From NCBI GenBank assembly GCA_029865835.1, contig JARXAL010000061.1, forward strand, positions 1-61,892: 61,892 nucleotides of DNA, in the 5' to 3' direction. Source of the DNA: Verrucomicrobiaceae bacterium. Its GTDB lineage: Bacteria; Verrucomicrobiota; Verrucomicrobiia; Verrucomicrobiales; Verrucomicrobiaceae. Within the stretch, counting starts at the first letter, position 1. Each line of letters begins with the position of its first letter. Of the stretch, positions 39,966 to 48,097 are shown piece by piece. The notes beneath the pieces were generated by a model that saw nothing but the letters and a program-made list of their open reading frames with translations, did no database searches and had not been told where the DNA came from. The position numbers and the translations under genes were made by a program.

Positions 39966-41332
39966 TGGCAACGTTCAGATTGCTCGCACTCTCACTTCTG
40001 AGTGTTTCAGCCTCAGAAGCGGTCACCCCTCTCACCACCTCAACTCGGCCTAACGTGATTCTGATCATGGCCGACGACTTCGGCTATGAGTGCGTCACAG
40101 CCAACGGCGGCCAGACATACCAGACGCCCAACCTAGACCGACTCGCCGCAGACGGCCTTCGCTTTGAAAATTGCCACGTCCAGCCCCTATGCACCCCGAC
40201 ACGAGTGCAACTCATGACGGGCCGCTACAACATTCGCAACTACCTCAACTTCGGCACCCTTCCCCGCACCGAGACCACCTTCGGGCAATTGCTCAAAAAG
40301 GCCGGTTACGCCACGGGCATCTCCGGCAAGTGGCAATTGGGTCACGAAATCGACTCACCCCAGCATTTCGGATTCGACAAGTCTTGCCTCTGGCAGCAAA
40401 CGCGCCGCCCCCCGCGATATGCAAATGCCGATCTCGAATTCAACGGCATCGAAAAGGACTTCAACAATGGCGAATACGGCCCCGAGCTGGTCAATAACTT
40501 TGCCTTGGAATTCATCACCGAAAAAAAGGAAAAGCCCTTCTTCCTTTACTACCCGATGATCCTAACGCACAACCCCTTCCAGCCCACGCCGGAAAGTCCG
40601 GAGTGGGACCCGAAGACGGACGGCGAGGACAAGCAGCAAAGCCCGAAGTATTTCGCCGATATGACTGCCTACATGGACAAAATGGTTGGCCGTGTCGTCG
40701 CAAAGCTCAATCAACTTGGTATTCGGGATAACACACTGCTGATTTTCTTGGGCGATAACGGCACAAATACAGGCATCACAAGCCGCTTCAAAGGCGCGGA
40801 CTACAAAGGCGGCAAGGGATCGACCGCAGCCCACGGAACGCACGTTCCACTCATTGTGAGCTGGCCAGAAGTGATTAAAGAGGGACGCGTCTGTGCTGAT
40901 CTCATCAGCAGCACCGACTTCCTGCCCACCCTTTGTGCGGCTGCCGAGGTCGAAGTACCCACAACAGTCGACGGTGTCAGTTTCCTGCCACAGCTACGCG
41001 GTGAGGTCGGCACACCTCGTGAATGGCTCTACACTTGGTATTCGCCACGTCAAAAGGCAGACCTGACCATCCGCGAGTGTGCCTTCGACCAGCACTACAA
41101 ACTCTACCGTGATGGCCGTTTCTTCGACATCGCACGCGATCCCTTGGAAAAAGAACCAATCCCTCTTTCAGACATGACCGCCTCAGTTGCCAAAGCCTCG
41201 GAGAAGCTGCAACAGGTGCTAGACCAATTCACCAAGGCCCGCCCTGCCGCACTCGACGAGGCTTTCAGAAAATCCACCCCGGAATTGAAGCCACAGGGAA
41301 AGCGCAAAGGTAAGAGTAAGGTCAAACAATAA
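39962..41332 (+). CDS. Sulfatase (Cys-type)
   Basis: ATG at 39962 overlaps the DUF1080 stop as ATGA. Signal MMATFRLLALSLLSVSA. NVILIMADDFG and CTPTRVQLMTGR. Lys-rich C-terminal tail KPQGKRKGKSKVKQ. Confidence 0.9.
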   Translation: MMATFRLLALSLLSVSASEAVTPLTTSTRPNVILIMADDFGYECVTANGGQTYQTPNLDRLAADGLRFENCHVQPLCTPTRVQLMTGRYNIRNYLNFGTLPRTETTFGQLLKKAGYATGISGKWQLGHEIDSPQHFGFDKSCLWQQTRRPPRYANADLEFNGIEKDFNNGEYGPELVNNFALEFITEKKEKPFFLYYPMILTHNPFQPTPESPEWDPKTDGEDKQQSPKYFADMTAYMDKMVGRVVAKLNQLGIRDNTLLIFLGDNGTNTGITSRFKGADYKGGKGSTAAHGTHVPLIVSWPEVIKEGRVCADLISSTDFLPTLCAAAEVEVPTTVDGVSFLPQLRGEVGTPREWLYTWYSPRQKADLTIRECAFDQHYKLYRDGRFFDIARDPLEKEPIPLSDMTASVAKASEKLQQVLDQFTKARPAALDEAFRKSTPELKPQGKRKGKSKVKQ

Positions 41333-41375
41333 GGGGTCGGAAACACTCCATCTTCTCCGCAATCCGCAGGCGTCA

Positions 41376-42092
41376 TCAATCACGAGCATCGCCAGCGCGA
41401 CTAGGTGGCGCATAAATCGGCCGAGGCAACACCCCCATGCCTGAATCACCATGGGCCGCTTGATCCCGAATCGCACGAGCAATCGCTTCGGCAAGCCGCT
41501 CCCGATACCCCGCCGAGGCAATCAAGGAAGCTTCGCGAGCGTTTGTCAGGTAACCGCACTCTACCAAAATGCATGGTATCGTCGGATTCCGCGTCAACCG
41601 CAGACGGCGTCGCACCAAACCCGCATTCCCTGACTCGTTTGGAATGACCGCACTCAGTTGCAACTGAACCCGTCTCGCCAGCGAGTAACTGTCCGTTCTC
41701 CAGTAAAAGGTCTCGGGCCCGGAAGTCGAGCGATTTCCGTAATTCAGGTGGATGCTGACCAGCACAGCGTCTCCATACCGGCTCGCCAGACGCACGCGTT
41801 CATCCAACTCGATGAATCGATCATCACTCCGTAACTGAACCACCTTGAACCCAGGGGTCAACGCTGCACGCAGCCTTTTCGAAATGTCTAGAGCCAGATG
41901 CTTCTCCATCAGACCGCGCACATGAGCTCCAGAATCTTTGCCTCCGTGTCCAGCATCGATCACCACCGCATTGAATCCCTTGGGTCCAGGTCGATCTCCA
42001 TAAGCACTTCGCCCGGCACCCCCGGATGGCGACTGACAAGACACCATCCCGAATGCAAGCAGGACCCCAGCAATGGCACGAAACGCGTTCAT
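41376..42092 (-). CDS. N-acetylmuramoyl-L-alanine amidase (Amidase_3), lipoprotein
   Basis: VVIDAGHGGKDSGA, LVSIHLN, and a lipobox FGMVSC after the ATG at 42092 (the track TTG start is at 42110). Confidence 0.8.
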   Translation of the reverse strand: MNAFRAIAGVLLAFGMVSCQSPSGGAGRSAYGDRPGPKGFNAVVIDAGHGGKDSGAHVRGLMEKHLALDISKRLRAALTPGFKVVQLRSDDRFIELDERVRLASRYGDAVLVSIHLNYGNRSTSGPETFYWRTDSYSLARRVQLQLSAVIPNESGNAGLVRRRLRLTRNPTIPCILVECGYLTNAREASLIASAGYRERLAEAIARAIRDQAAHGDSGMGVLPRPIYAPPSRAGDARD

Positions 42093-42149
42093 CGGGAACT
42101 GATGAAGCAAGAACCACGCCGCAGCAACACGTGATGACTCGCCTCACAC

Positions 42150-43316
42150 TCAGAGAAAAGTACGCTGGGCAAACCACCAGAGCCCCATGGCAGCGATGAC
42201 AATCGAGCAAGGTATGACGACATAGCGCCTGTATCTTCCATTGTCTTTCATCCCGTACGTCGCCATCAATGCAAAGGCTATGATCGCCAACTGACCAAAC
42301 TCAACACCAACATTGAAGCCCAGTAGTCCCACGATCAACGAACTCATAGGCAGATCCAATTCACTCAGCGCCCCCGCAAAACCCAGTCCATGAACGAGCC
42401 CAAACCCAAAAACAATCAACAGCCGCCAAGGCGTGTACCGTGGGTGGAAGATGTTCTCCAATGCTACGACTACGATACTCAACGCAATGACCGGTTCCAC
42501 CACCTCGGCAGGAGCTTTCACCCATCCCATCGTGGCAAGGCCAAGCGTTAGTGTGTGAGCCAAGGTGAAACAGGTCACCTGATAGATCAGCGGCTTCAAT
42601 TCGCGACTCAAAAGAAACAAGCCCAGCACGAAGAGAATATGATCCATCCCCATCGGCAAAACATGAACGAACCCTTGGCGCATGAACGTCACAAAGCTTT
42701 GCCACCAGCCTGAATCACCCGCTTTTACCGCTCCAGGAGCACTGTCTGCTGCTTTCGTCGAAACCAAACCGGCCAAATCCAGCGTGAAACTTTGCTCCCC
42801 TGGAAATAGCACCTGAATTCGTTCCACAGCCTGGCCCCTGACTTCGTTGAGAAACTGAACGCTCAGATTGCCCGCCTCCAGGGCTTTGATCCGATAACCC
42901 GAAATCCCAGCCGGAATGGTCGTTTCCCAAGTCCCAGAAATCACCATCACTTCTTCTCCCTGATCTTCAGTCTCATCGGTGCCTTTTTGCACATGAAAGT
43001 CGTACACGAACGCCGGCGTCACCTGCCCCAAAGGCTCCAAAAACACTGCCACCCGGGTCTTCACATGCTCTGCCGCTTGAATCTTCAGCGCCTCCTTTTG
43101 ATCTGCTGTCAGCTTGTCAAAATCAGGTTTCAGCATCGACGGCGCCTTCGTGGGATCCGCATCAAAACACCTCGGATTGACTTCCACGACGACCTTTCCC
43201 GCGCCACCTTCAGAAAAAGAGCCTCGAACTGGAATGTCCGGAATCGGGTGGGCCTGGACCAATGACCAAGACAAAAAGATCGCCAACAAAGCGGAATAAA
43301 AAGCGGAGCGAGGCAT
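42150..43316 (-). CDS. HupE/UreJ_2-type membrane protein with an ~200-aa periplasmic N-terminal domain
   Basis: Signal MPRSAFYSALLAIFLSWSLVQAHP from the ATG at 43316. C-terminal polytopic region with MDHILFVLGLFLL, FTLAHTLTLG, GLVHGLGFAGAL, GVEFGQL. Confidence 0.7.
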   Translation of the reverse strand: MPRSAFYSALLAIFLSWSLVQAHPIPDIPVRGSFSEGGAGKVVVEVNPRCFDADPTKAPSMLKPDFDKLTADQKEALKIQAAEHVKTRVAVFLEPLGQVTPAFVYDFHVQKGTDETEDQGEEVMVISGTWETTIPAGISGYRIKALEAGNLSVQFLNEVRGQAVERIQVLFPGEQSFTLDLAGLVSTKAADSAPGAVKAGDSGWWQSFVTFMRQGFVHVLPMGMDHILFVLGLFLLSRELKPLIYQVTCFTLAHTLTLGLATMGWVKAPAEVVEPVIALSIVVVALENIFHPRYTPWRLLIVFGFGLVHGLGFAGALSELDLPMSSLIVGLLGFNVGVEFGQLAIIAFALMATYGMKDNGRYRRYVVIPCSIVIAAMGLWWFAQRTFL

Positions 43317-43384
43317 GATTGACAACCATGAAGGGAACGTGGGCAGACATCCAACTCTTTTTGGGGTCCGTATTTTATCTTGCA

Positions 43385-43409
43385 ATTAACGCCAGAATCT
43401 GTCGTTAAT
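43385..43409. promoter_or_regulatory. Inverted repeat ATTAACG-N11-CGTTAAT in a divergent promoter region; candidate operator
   Basis: Read directly from the sequence. It sits between the HupE-like gene start (43316, minus strand) and the small secreted protein gene start (43473, plus strand). Confidence 0.3.
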
Positions 43410-43472
43410 AGGCAGTTGTCTTCGAGGATCCTTCCGGAAGACTCCCAGTTAAAGTTCAATCGTCACAAATCT

Positions 43473-43739
43473 ATGAAATCCATCCTCTGCACCCTCGCTC
43501 TCATCAGTCTCTCCGTCGCCTCCAGCCAGGCTGGCTGCGGCAAAACCGTCACCGACACCGGCAAACTTAAGTCTTTCGACAAAGACAGCAAAGCCCTAGT
43601 CATCGAAGTGGACGGAAAAGAAGTGAAGCGCACCTTGACCCCTACCAGCGCCGGCGCTGAAGACGTTGAGAAGCTTGTCGGCAAAGACGTCGTTGTCGTC
43701 AGCGGCCACAACAAAGTCGAGTCCGTTAAGAAGGGCTAG
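43473..43739 (+). CDS. Small secreted protein or lipoprotein (88 aa), unknown function
   Basis: Signal MKSILCTLALISLSVASSQAGC, followed by a charged ~65-aa body. A strong intrinsic terminator follows 35 nt downstream. Confidence 0.5.
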   Translation: MKSILCTLALISLSVASSQAGCGKTVTDTGKLKSFDKDSKALVIEVDGKEVKRTLTPTSAGAEDVEKLVGKDVVVVSGHNKVESVKKG

Positions 43740-44512
43740 TCTCCAGCTGGTGCCTCGCACCCGCAATTCCCAGCCCGGATTTCGCCCTGCGGAATCCGGG
43801 TTTTTTGTGTCCCCAACATACTTGCGACCTCTAGAGACGTCAGATACCTCCAATCACCCGGAGCAAGTTCTGATGGCAAAACCAAAGCTCCAATCGACTC
43901 CCGATGCAAGCTGGAGACCCGGTTGCCAACCCGGTGAAACATGCGCTTGATCTGATGATAACGCCCCTCCCAGAGAGTTACCCGCGCCTCCATCTCTCCC
44001 ACTATGATCAACTTTGCAGGCTGGGTCACAAGATCCTCAGTATGAAAGTAGAATCCATCAGCGAAGGCCTTCACCGCGTCAGGTGAAATCGGTTCAACCG
44101 TCGTAACTCGATAAACCTTCGGCATCTTGAAAACCGGTTCGGTGATCTTCTTCGACCAAACCCCATCGTTCGTTAACAACACCAATCCGGTCGATGCCCG
44201 GTCCAATCGACCTGCCAAATGCAACTCCGTTCGATCAGGATCGTCTATCAAGTCCAACACCGTTGGATGCTCCGCATCAATCGTCGCAGAAACATAACCC
44301 GCAGGCTTATGAAGCATGACGTAAACAGCGCGTCTTCCCGATTGAACAACAATCTCTTCTTTTGTCACCCGATCAAACCGAGTCACCTCAAAGTCACCAT
44401 TCACGACAGGCTGTCCATTCACTTGAATCAAGCCGGCACCGATCCATGCCTGCGCACGACTCCGGCCTATCGACTCGTATTTCGCCAAGAGACGGTTCAG
44501 TTTCATTTCCAA
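43736..44512 (-). CDS. rsuA: Pseudouridine synthase, RsuA/RluB/RluE family (S4 domain + catalytic domain)
   Basis: S4 domain MKLNRLLAKYESIGRSRAQAWI..G.I.VNG. Catalytic Asp motif HLAGRLDRASTGLVLLTNDG, and GRYHQIKRMF. Starts 3 nt after priA. Confidence 0.8.
   Translation of the reverse strand: MEMKLNRLLAKYESIGRSRAQAWIGAGLIQVNGQPVVNGDFEVTRFDRVTKEEIVVQSGRRAVYVMLHKPAGYVSATIDAEHPTVLDLIDDPDRTELHLAGRLDRASTGLVLLTNDGVWSKKITEPVFKMPKVYRVTTVEPISPDAVKAFADGFYFHTEDLVTQPAKLIIVGEMEARVTLWEGRYHQIKRMFHRVGNRVSSLHRESIGALVLPSELAPGDWRYLTSLEVASMLGTQKTRIPQGEIRAGNCGCEAPAGD
43774..43806 (+). terminator. Rho-independent terminator
   Basis: 8-bp stem CCCGGATT/AATCCGGG with an 11-nt loop, followed by TTTTTT (43801-43806). 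It lies inside the 3' coding tail of the convergent rsuA-like gene. Confidence 0.65.
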
Positions 44513-44515
44513 CGA

Positions 44516-46864
44516 TCAGCCCAAGTTCATCGGATCCACATCCCAGGTCACCGTCACATCCGCAGGCAATCCCAACGACTTTACCACGCCCTGTACATGT
44601 CGCGACAGGGACCGAATTGCCTTGGCTCGCATCAATAGTTGAAACCGGTATTGACCATGCGCCTTCGCTAGTGGGGATGGGCAAGGCTCGCCCATGATCA
44701 CACCCTCGGGCAAACCCTCCTTGAGCCTACGCGCCACGGTCTGCAACGCAAACTCAGCCTGCGCCTGATGTTTGCCTCGACTCGTGATCAACAACACATG
44801 AGCAAAAGGTGGATAATCAAACTGTCGTCGAAATTCGAGCTCCTGTGAAGCATAACCCTCATAGTCGTTATGCCGAGCAAACTGAATCGCGGGACTGTGC
44901 GGCGTGAATGTCTGAATCAATACCTCACCCAAAATATCCCCTCGCCCGGCCCGCCCAGCCACCTGCACCAGCAACTGAAACGTCCGCTCCGCCGCACGAA
45001 AGTCCGGCAAATTCAGCGCCAAATCCGCATTCAAAACGCCAACCAGCGTGACATTCGGAAAATCCAATCCTTTGGCGATCATTTGCGTGCCAATCAGCAA
45101 ATCCAACTTCTGCGCTCGGAAATCGCGTAGCGTATCTCTCAGCTGATTCTTCCGCTGCATCGTGTCCGTATCCACCCTCGCAATCCGGGCCTGAGGAAAC
45201 ACCTCCCTCACAATGGCCTCCACCCTCTCCGTACCAAATCCTCCAAATTTAATCCCTGGATCATTGCAGGCCGGGCACTTTTGTGGCGGCAATCGTCGCG
45301 CCCCGCAAACATGACAAATGAGACGGTTCTCTGAACGATGCAGCGTCATCGGAATGCTGCACTCTTGGCATTGCACCACCTCCCCGCAGGAAGTACACGC
45401 CAATGACGAGTGAAATCCCCTTCGATTGAGAAACAAAATCGTCTGCTCCCTCTTCTCCAATCGATCCGTGATCGCGTGGCGCAGTTTCTCAGACAAACAA
45501 CCCGCATCCTGAACCTTCACTCCAGTACCCTTGCGCCTTACCAACCTCAAATCCACCACCCTCACCAAAGGCAGGCTCTTCCCATCCGTCCTTCGCTCCA
45601 TCCGCAGCAGTTCATACTTCCCTCGGCACGCATTCTCCCAGGATTCCAAGCTCGGCGTCGCACTTCCCAGCAGCACCACACAGCTCTCCAACTTGCCTCG
45701 CACCACAGCCACATCACGCGCCTGATAACGCGGTGTCTCCTCTTGTTTGTAAGACGGCTCATGCTCCTCATCCACAATGATGATCCCCAATCGATCGAGC
45801 GGCGCAAACACCGCACTTCGCGCCCCAATCACAATGTTCGCCCTGCCCTCGTGAATCTTAAACCACTCATCATGACGCTCACCATCACTCAGATGACTGT
45901 GCAACACCGCCACACGATCTTTGTGATCTGAAAACCGTGCCTTAAATCTTTCAATCGTCTGTGGCGTCAGACTGATCTCCGGCACCAACACCAAGGCCGT
46001 ACCCCCGGACTCCAAAACGGTCGCGATCGCCTGCAAATAGACCTCCGTCTTGCCACTGCCCGTGACTCCATGAAGCAGAATCGGGCGTGCTGTCGCCGGC
46101 GACTTCAAGGCCGCATGAACACACTCAAGCACCGCGGTCTGCTCCTGAGTCAAAGTCAGCGCAGTACTCGGCAAGAACTCCTCATCTTGAAACGGATCTC
46201 GCTCCACTCGAACCTCACTCTTGGAAATCCATCCCGCAGCCAATAGCGGCTTCAGCAGGGCGCTCGCCCGAGGCAACTCTCGGCGCAACTCACTCAGAGA
46301 CGCTGAACCACCCTTCTCATGAAGCGCCTCCAACACCCTCGCCTGCATCGGAGCCCGTTTGCTCAATTTCTCAAGTGCCTCCCCGTCGCACGGAATCATC
46401 AGAGTCAAATGACTGTCCGTGATGAATTTCTCCGTTCGATTCCTCACTGCCTCCGGCAGCATCGTTCTCAGTACTTGCCTCACAGGCACCACATAATAAT
46501 CTGCGATCCACTGCGCCAATTTCAGCATTGCGGCCGAAAACATTGGCCTCGAACCAACAATTTTGATGACTGGTTTCAGTCTTGCTTGAAAAGGAGACTC
46601 ATTCAACAAATGCAGTACCACTGCCTGCATCTGCCGTCTCTGCAATGGCACCAATACCCGCGATCCAATCGCTATCTTCCCCTCCAACTCCGAAGGCACC
46701 AGATAATCCAACTCCATCGCCGCCGAGTCCTCCAACTGCACCCGAACCACCGCCGCTCCACCATTCGAAAGAGCCACAATTCCCCCTTCCCGCCCTGATT
46801 CGCATGCAGGCGGAACTAGCTCGTCAGCAAAAAGATCTGGCAGACTAGTGGTGTCGTTTTTCAA
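44516..46864 (-). CDS. priA: Primosomal protein N' (replication restart helicase PriA)
   Basis: LLHGVTGSGKTEVY (Walker A), VDEEHE, and the Cys-rich zinc module CTSCGEVVQCQECSIPMTLH...CHVCG...CPAC. Confidence 0.9.
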   Translation of the reverse strand: MKNDTTSLPDLFADELVPPACESGREGGIVALSNGGAAVVRVQLEDSAAMELDYLVPSELEGKIAIGSRVLVPLQRRQMQAVVLHLLNESPFQARLKPVIKIVGSRPMFSAAMLKLAQWIADYYVVPVRQVLRTMLPEAVRNRTEKFITDSHLTLMIPCDGEALEKLSKRAPMQARVLEALHEKGGSASLSELRRELPRASALLKPLLAAGWISKSEVRVERDPFQDEEFLPSTALTLTQEQTAVLECVHAALKSPATARPILLHGVTGSGKTEVYLQAIATVLESGGTALVLVPEISLTPQTIERFKARFSDHKDRVAVLHSHLSDGERHDEWFKIHEGRANIVIGARSAVFAPLDRLGIIIVDEEHEPSYKQEETPRYQARDVAVVRGKLESCVVLLGSATPSLESWENACRGKYELLRMERRTDGKSLPLVRVVDLRLVRRKGTGVKVQDAGCLSEKLRHAITDRLEKREQTILFLNRRGFHSSLACTSCGEVVQCQECSIPMTLHRSENRLICHVCGARRLPPQKCPACNDPGIKFGGFGTERVEAIVREVFPQARIARVDTDTMQRKNQLRDTLRDFRAQKLDLLIGTQMIAKGLDFPNVTLVGVLNADLALNLPDFRAAERTFQLLVQVAGRAGRGDILGEVLIQTFTPHSPAIQFARHNDYEGYASQELEFRRQFDYPPFAHVLLITSRGKHQAQAEFALQTVARRLKEGLPEGVIMGEPCPSPLAKAHGQYRFQLLMRAKAIRSLSRHVQGVVKSLGLPADVTVTWDVDPMNLG

Positions 46865-46957
46865 AATGTCCGTGAGATAATGGCTTTCAGACTGCTTCCA
46901 GAATCACACCTTTTAGCAGGATAACCAATGTGGAAGCGGAAAAGCCGCGCTAGGCAC

Positions 46958-46988
46958 AAAAAAACCTTCCAGTGCGAGCACTGGAAGG
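46958..46988 (-). terminator. Rho-independent terminator of the outer-membrane protein gene
   Basis: On the minus strand: 10-bp stem CCTTCCAGTG/CACTGGAAGG, a 4-nt loop, then TTTTTTT. It lies about 30 nt downstream of the stop at 47020. Confidence 0.7.
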
Positions 46989-47019
46989 TTGGTGAAGAAA
47001 GGACTAGCCTTTCAACAAA

Positions 47020-47817
47020 TTAGAAAGCGACGCTCAGCTTAACGCCACCGAAGATCGCAGCCTCTTCGCCTGCGTCATCAAGAGCATCGATCGGAAGGTT
47101 ACCAGCCACGTATGGGGACAGTGTCGCATACTTCGTGAGCTTGATCGGCAGAGCGAGGCTCAGGTTCACGGCGGTAAAGCCGGAAGTCTGGGCGCCAATC
47201 ACGTGCCAGCTGTAGTCTTGTGCGTAACCGATGGAAACGCCAGGAACCAAGCTGATCGACTCAGTGATTTCGATGACACTGTTCACAGCCGCTTGGAAGT
47301 ACCAGCCTTCGATCGCGAAGTCATAGTAGCCACCCAGGCCGAAGTTCAAAGGCCCGGCGGTTGTCGCCAAGGTCAAACCCACTTCATGACCGTCTTCCAA
47401 AACGTTGGAAAGGTCACCTTGGTGATTGTAGTAACGATAGCCAGCACCTAACTCAACGGCTCCAAGGTCAACGGACAGTCCGCCATTGAGCTCAAGACGC
47501 TGATAGGACACACCACTCAACAAGTCTGCGACCGCATTGTCGTCAGCGGAAACGCCATAGGTGGCGCCACCAACGAAGGAAATGTTGTCGACCAGCGGGA
47601 TATCGAGAGCAACACCACCGGAAATCCAGTGTTCCGCAAACTCAACGCCGCGGAAGATGAAGTTCGTGTCATAACCGAGGCTGGCAGTGATGCCAAGATC
47701 GGAGGAGGGTTCTTCCACGACTTGGGGAGCGACCACTTTGCCGGAGGAGCCGGCGAGAGCAGGTGAAGCGGCCAAGGCCAGGAAGCCAGCTGTTTTCAGC
47801 AATGCATTCAGTTTCAT
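47020..47817 (-). CDS. Outer-membrane beta-barrel (porin-like) protein
   Basis: Signal MKLNALLKTAGFLALAASPALA. Alternating amphipathic strands rich in G/Y, a YDTNFIFRGV motif reminiscent of Gcw_chp/TorF-type porins, and a C-terminal aromatic residue (LSVAF). Confidence 0.7.
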   Translation of the reverse strand: MKLNALLKTAGFLALAASPALAGSSGKVVAPQVVEEPSSDLGITASLGYDTNFIFRGVEFAEHWISGGVALDIPLVDNISFVGGATYGVSADDNAVADLLSGVSYQRLELNGGLSVDLGAVELGAGYRYYNHQGDLSNVLEDGHEVGLTLATTAGPLNFGLGGYYDFAIEGWYFQAAVNSVIEITESISLVPGVSIGYAQDYSWHVIGAQTSGFTAVNLSLALPIKLTKYATLSPYVAGNLPIDALDDAGEEAAIFGGVKLSVAF

Positions 47818-47818
47818 A

Positions 47819-47855
47819 GGTTGGTTGGTTGGGATCGTTGGTTGGTTGGTTGGTT
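47819..47855 (-). repeat. (CCAA)n tetranucleotide tract forming the 5' leader immediately upstream of the porin ATG
   Basis: The minus strand reads CAAACCAACCAACCAACCAACGATCCCAACCAACCAACCT-ATG. That is four CCAA units plus three, separated by CGATC. Confidence 0.85.
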
Positions 47856-48097
47856 TGTCTCAACCACAAGACCCCCGCTCTGAACCCCTCTAATTTACAG
47901 GACTCAAGGCAGTGGCCGTCTGGTTGGACGGGCCTAGTTAACAGCTTGCCGAAAAGCTGCCAAGGTTTTTTCACACTTTTTCGACCATCTTGGCCCCAAG
48001 ACTGCTAAAATAGGCACTTTTGCCCCGATCGGTGGCGTTCTGTCTTCAACCTCAGCCTCGACAACTCGTTCGGGATGCAGTATCAGAGAACTCTCGT

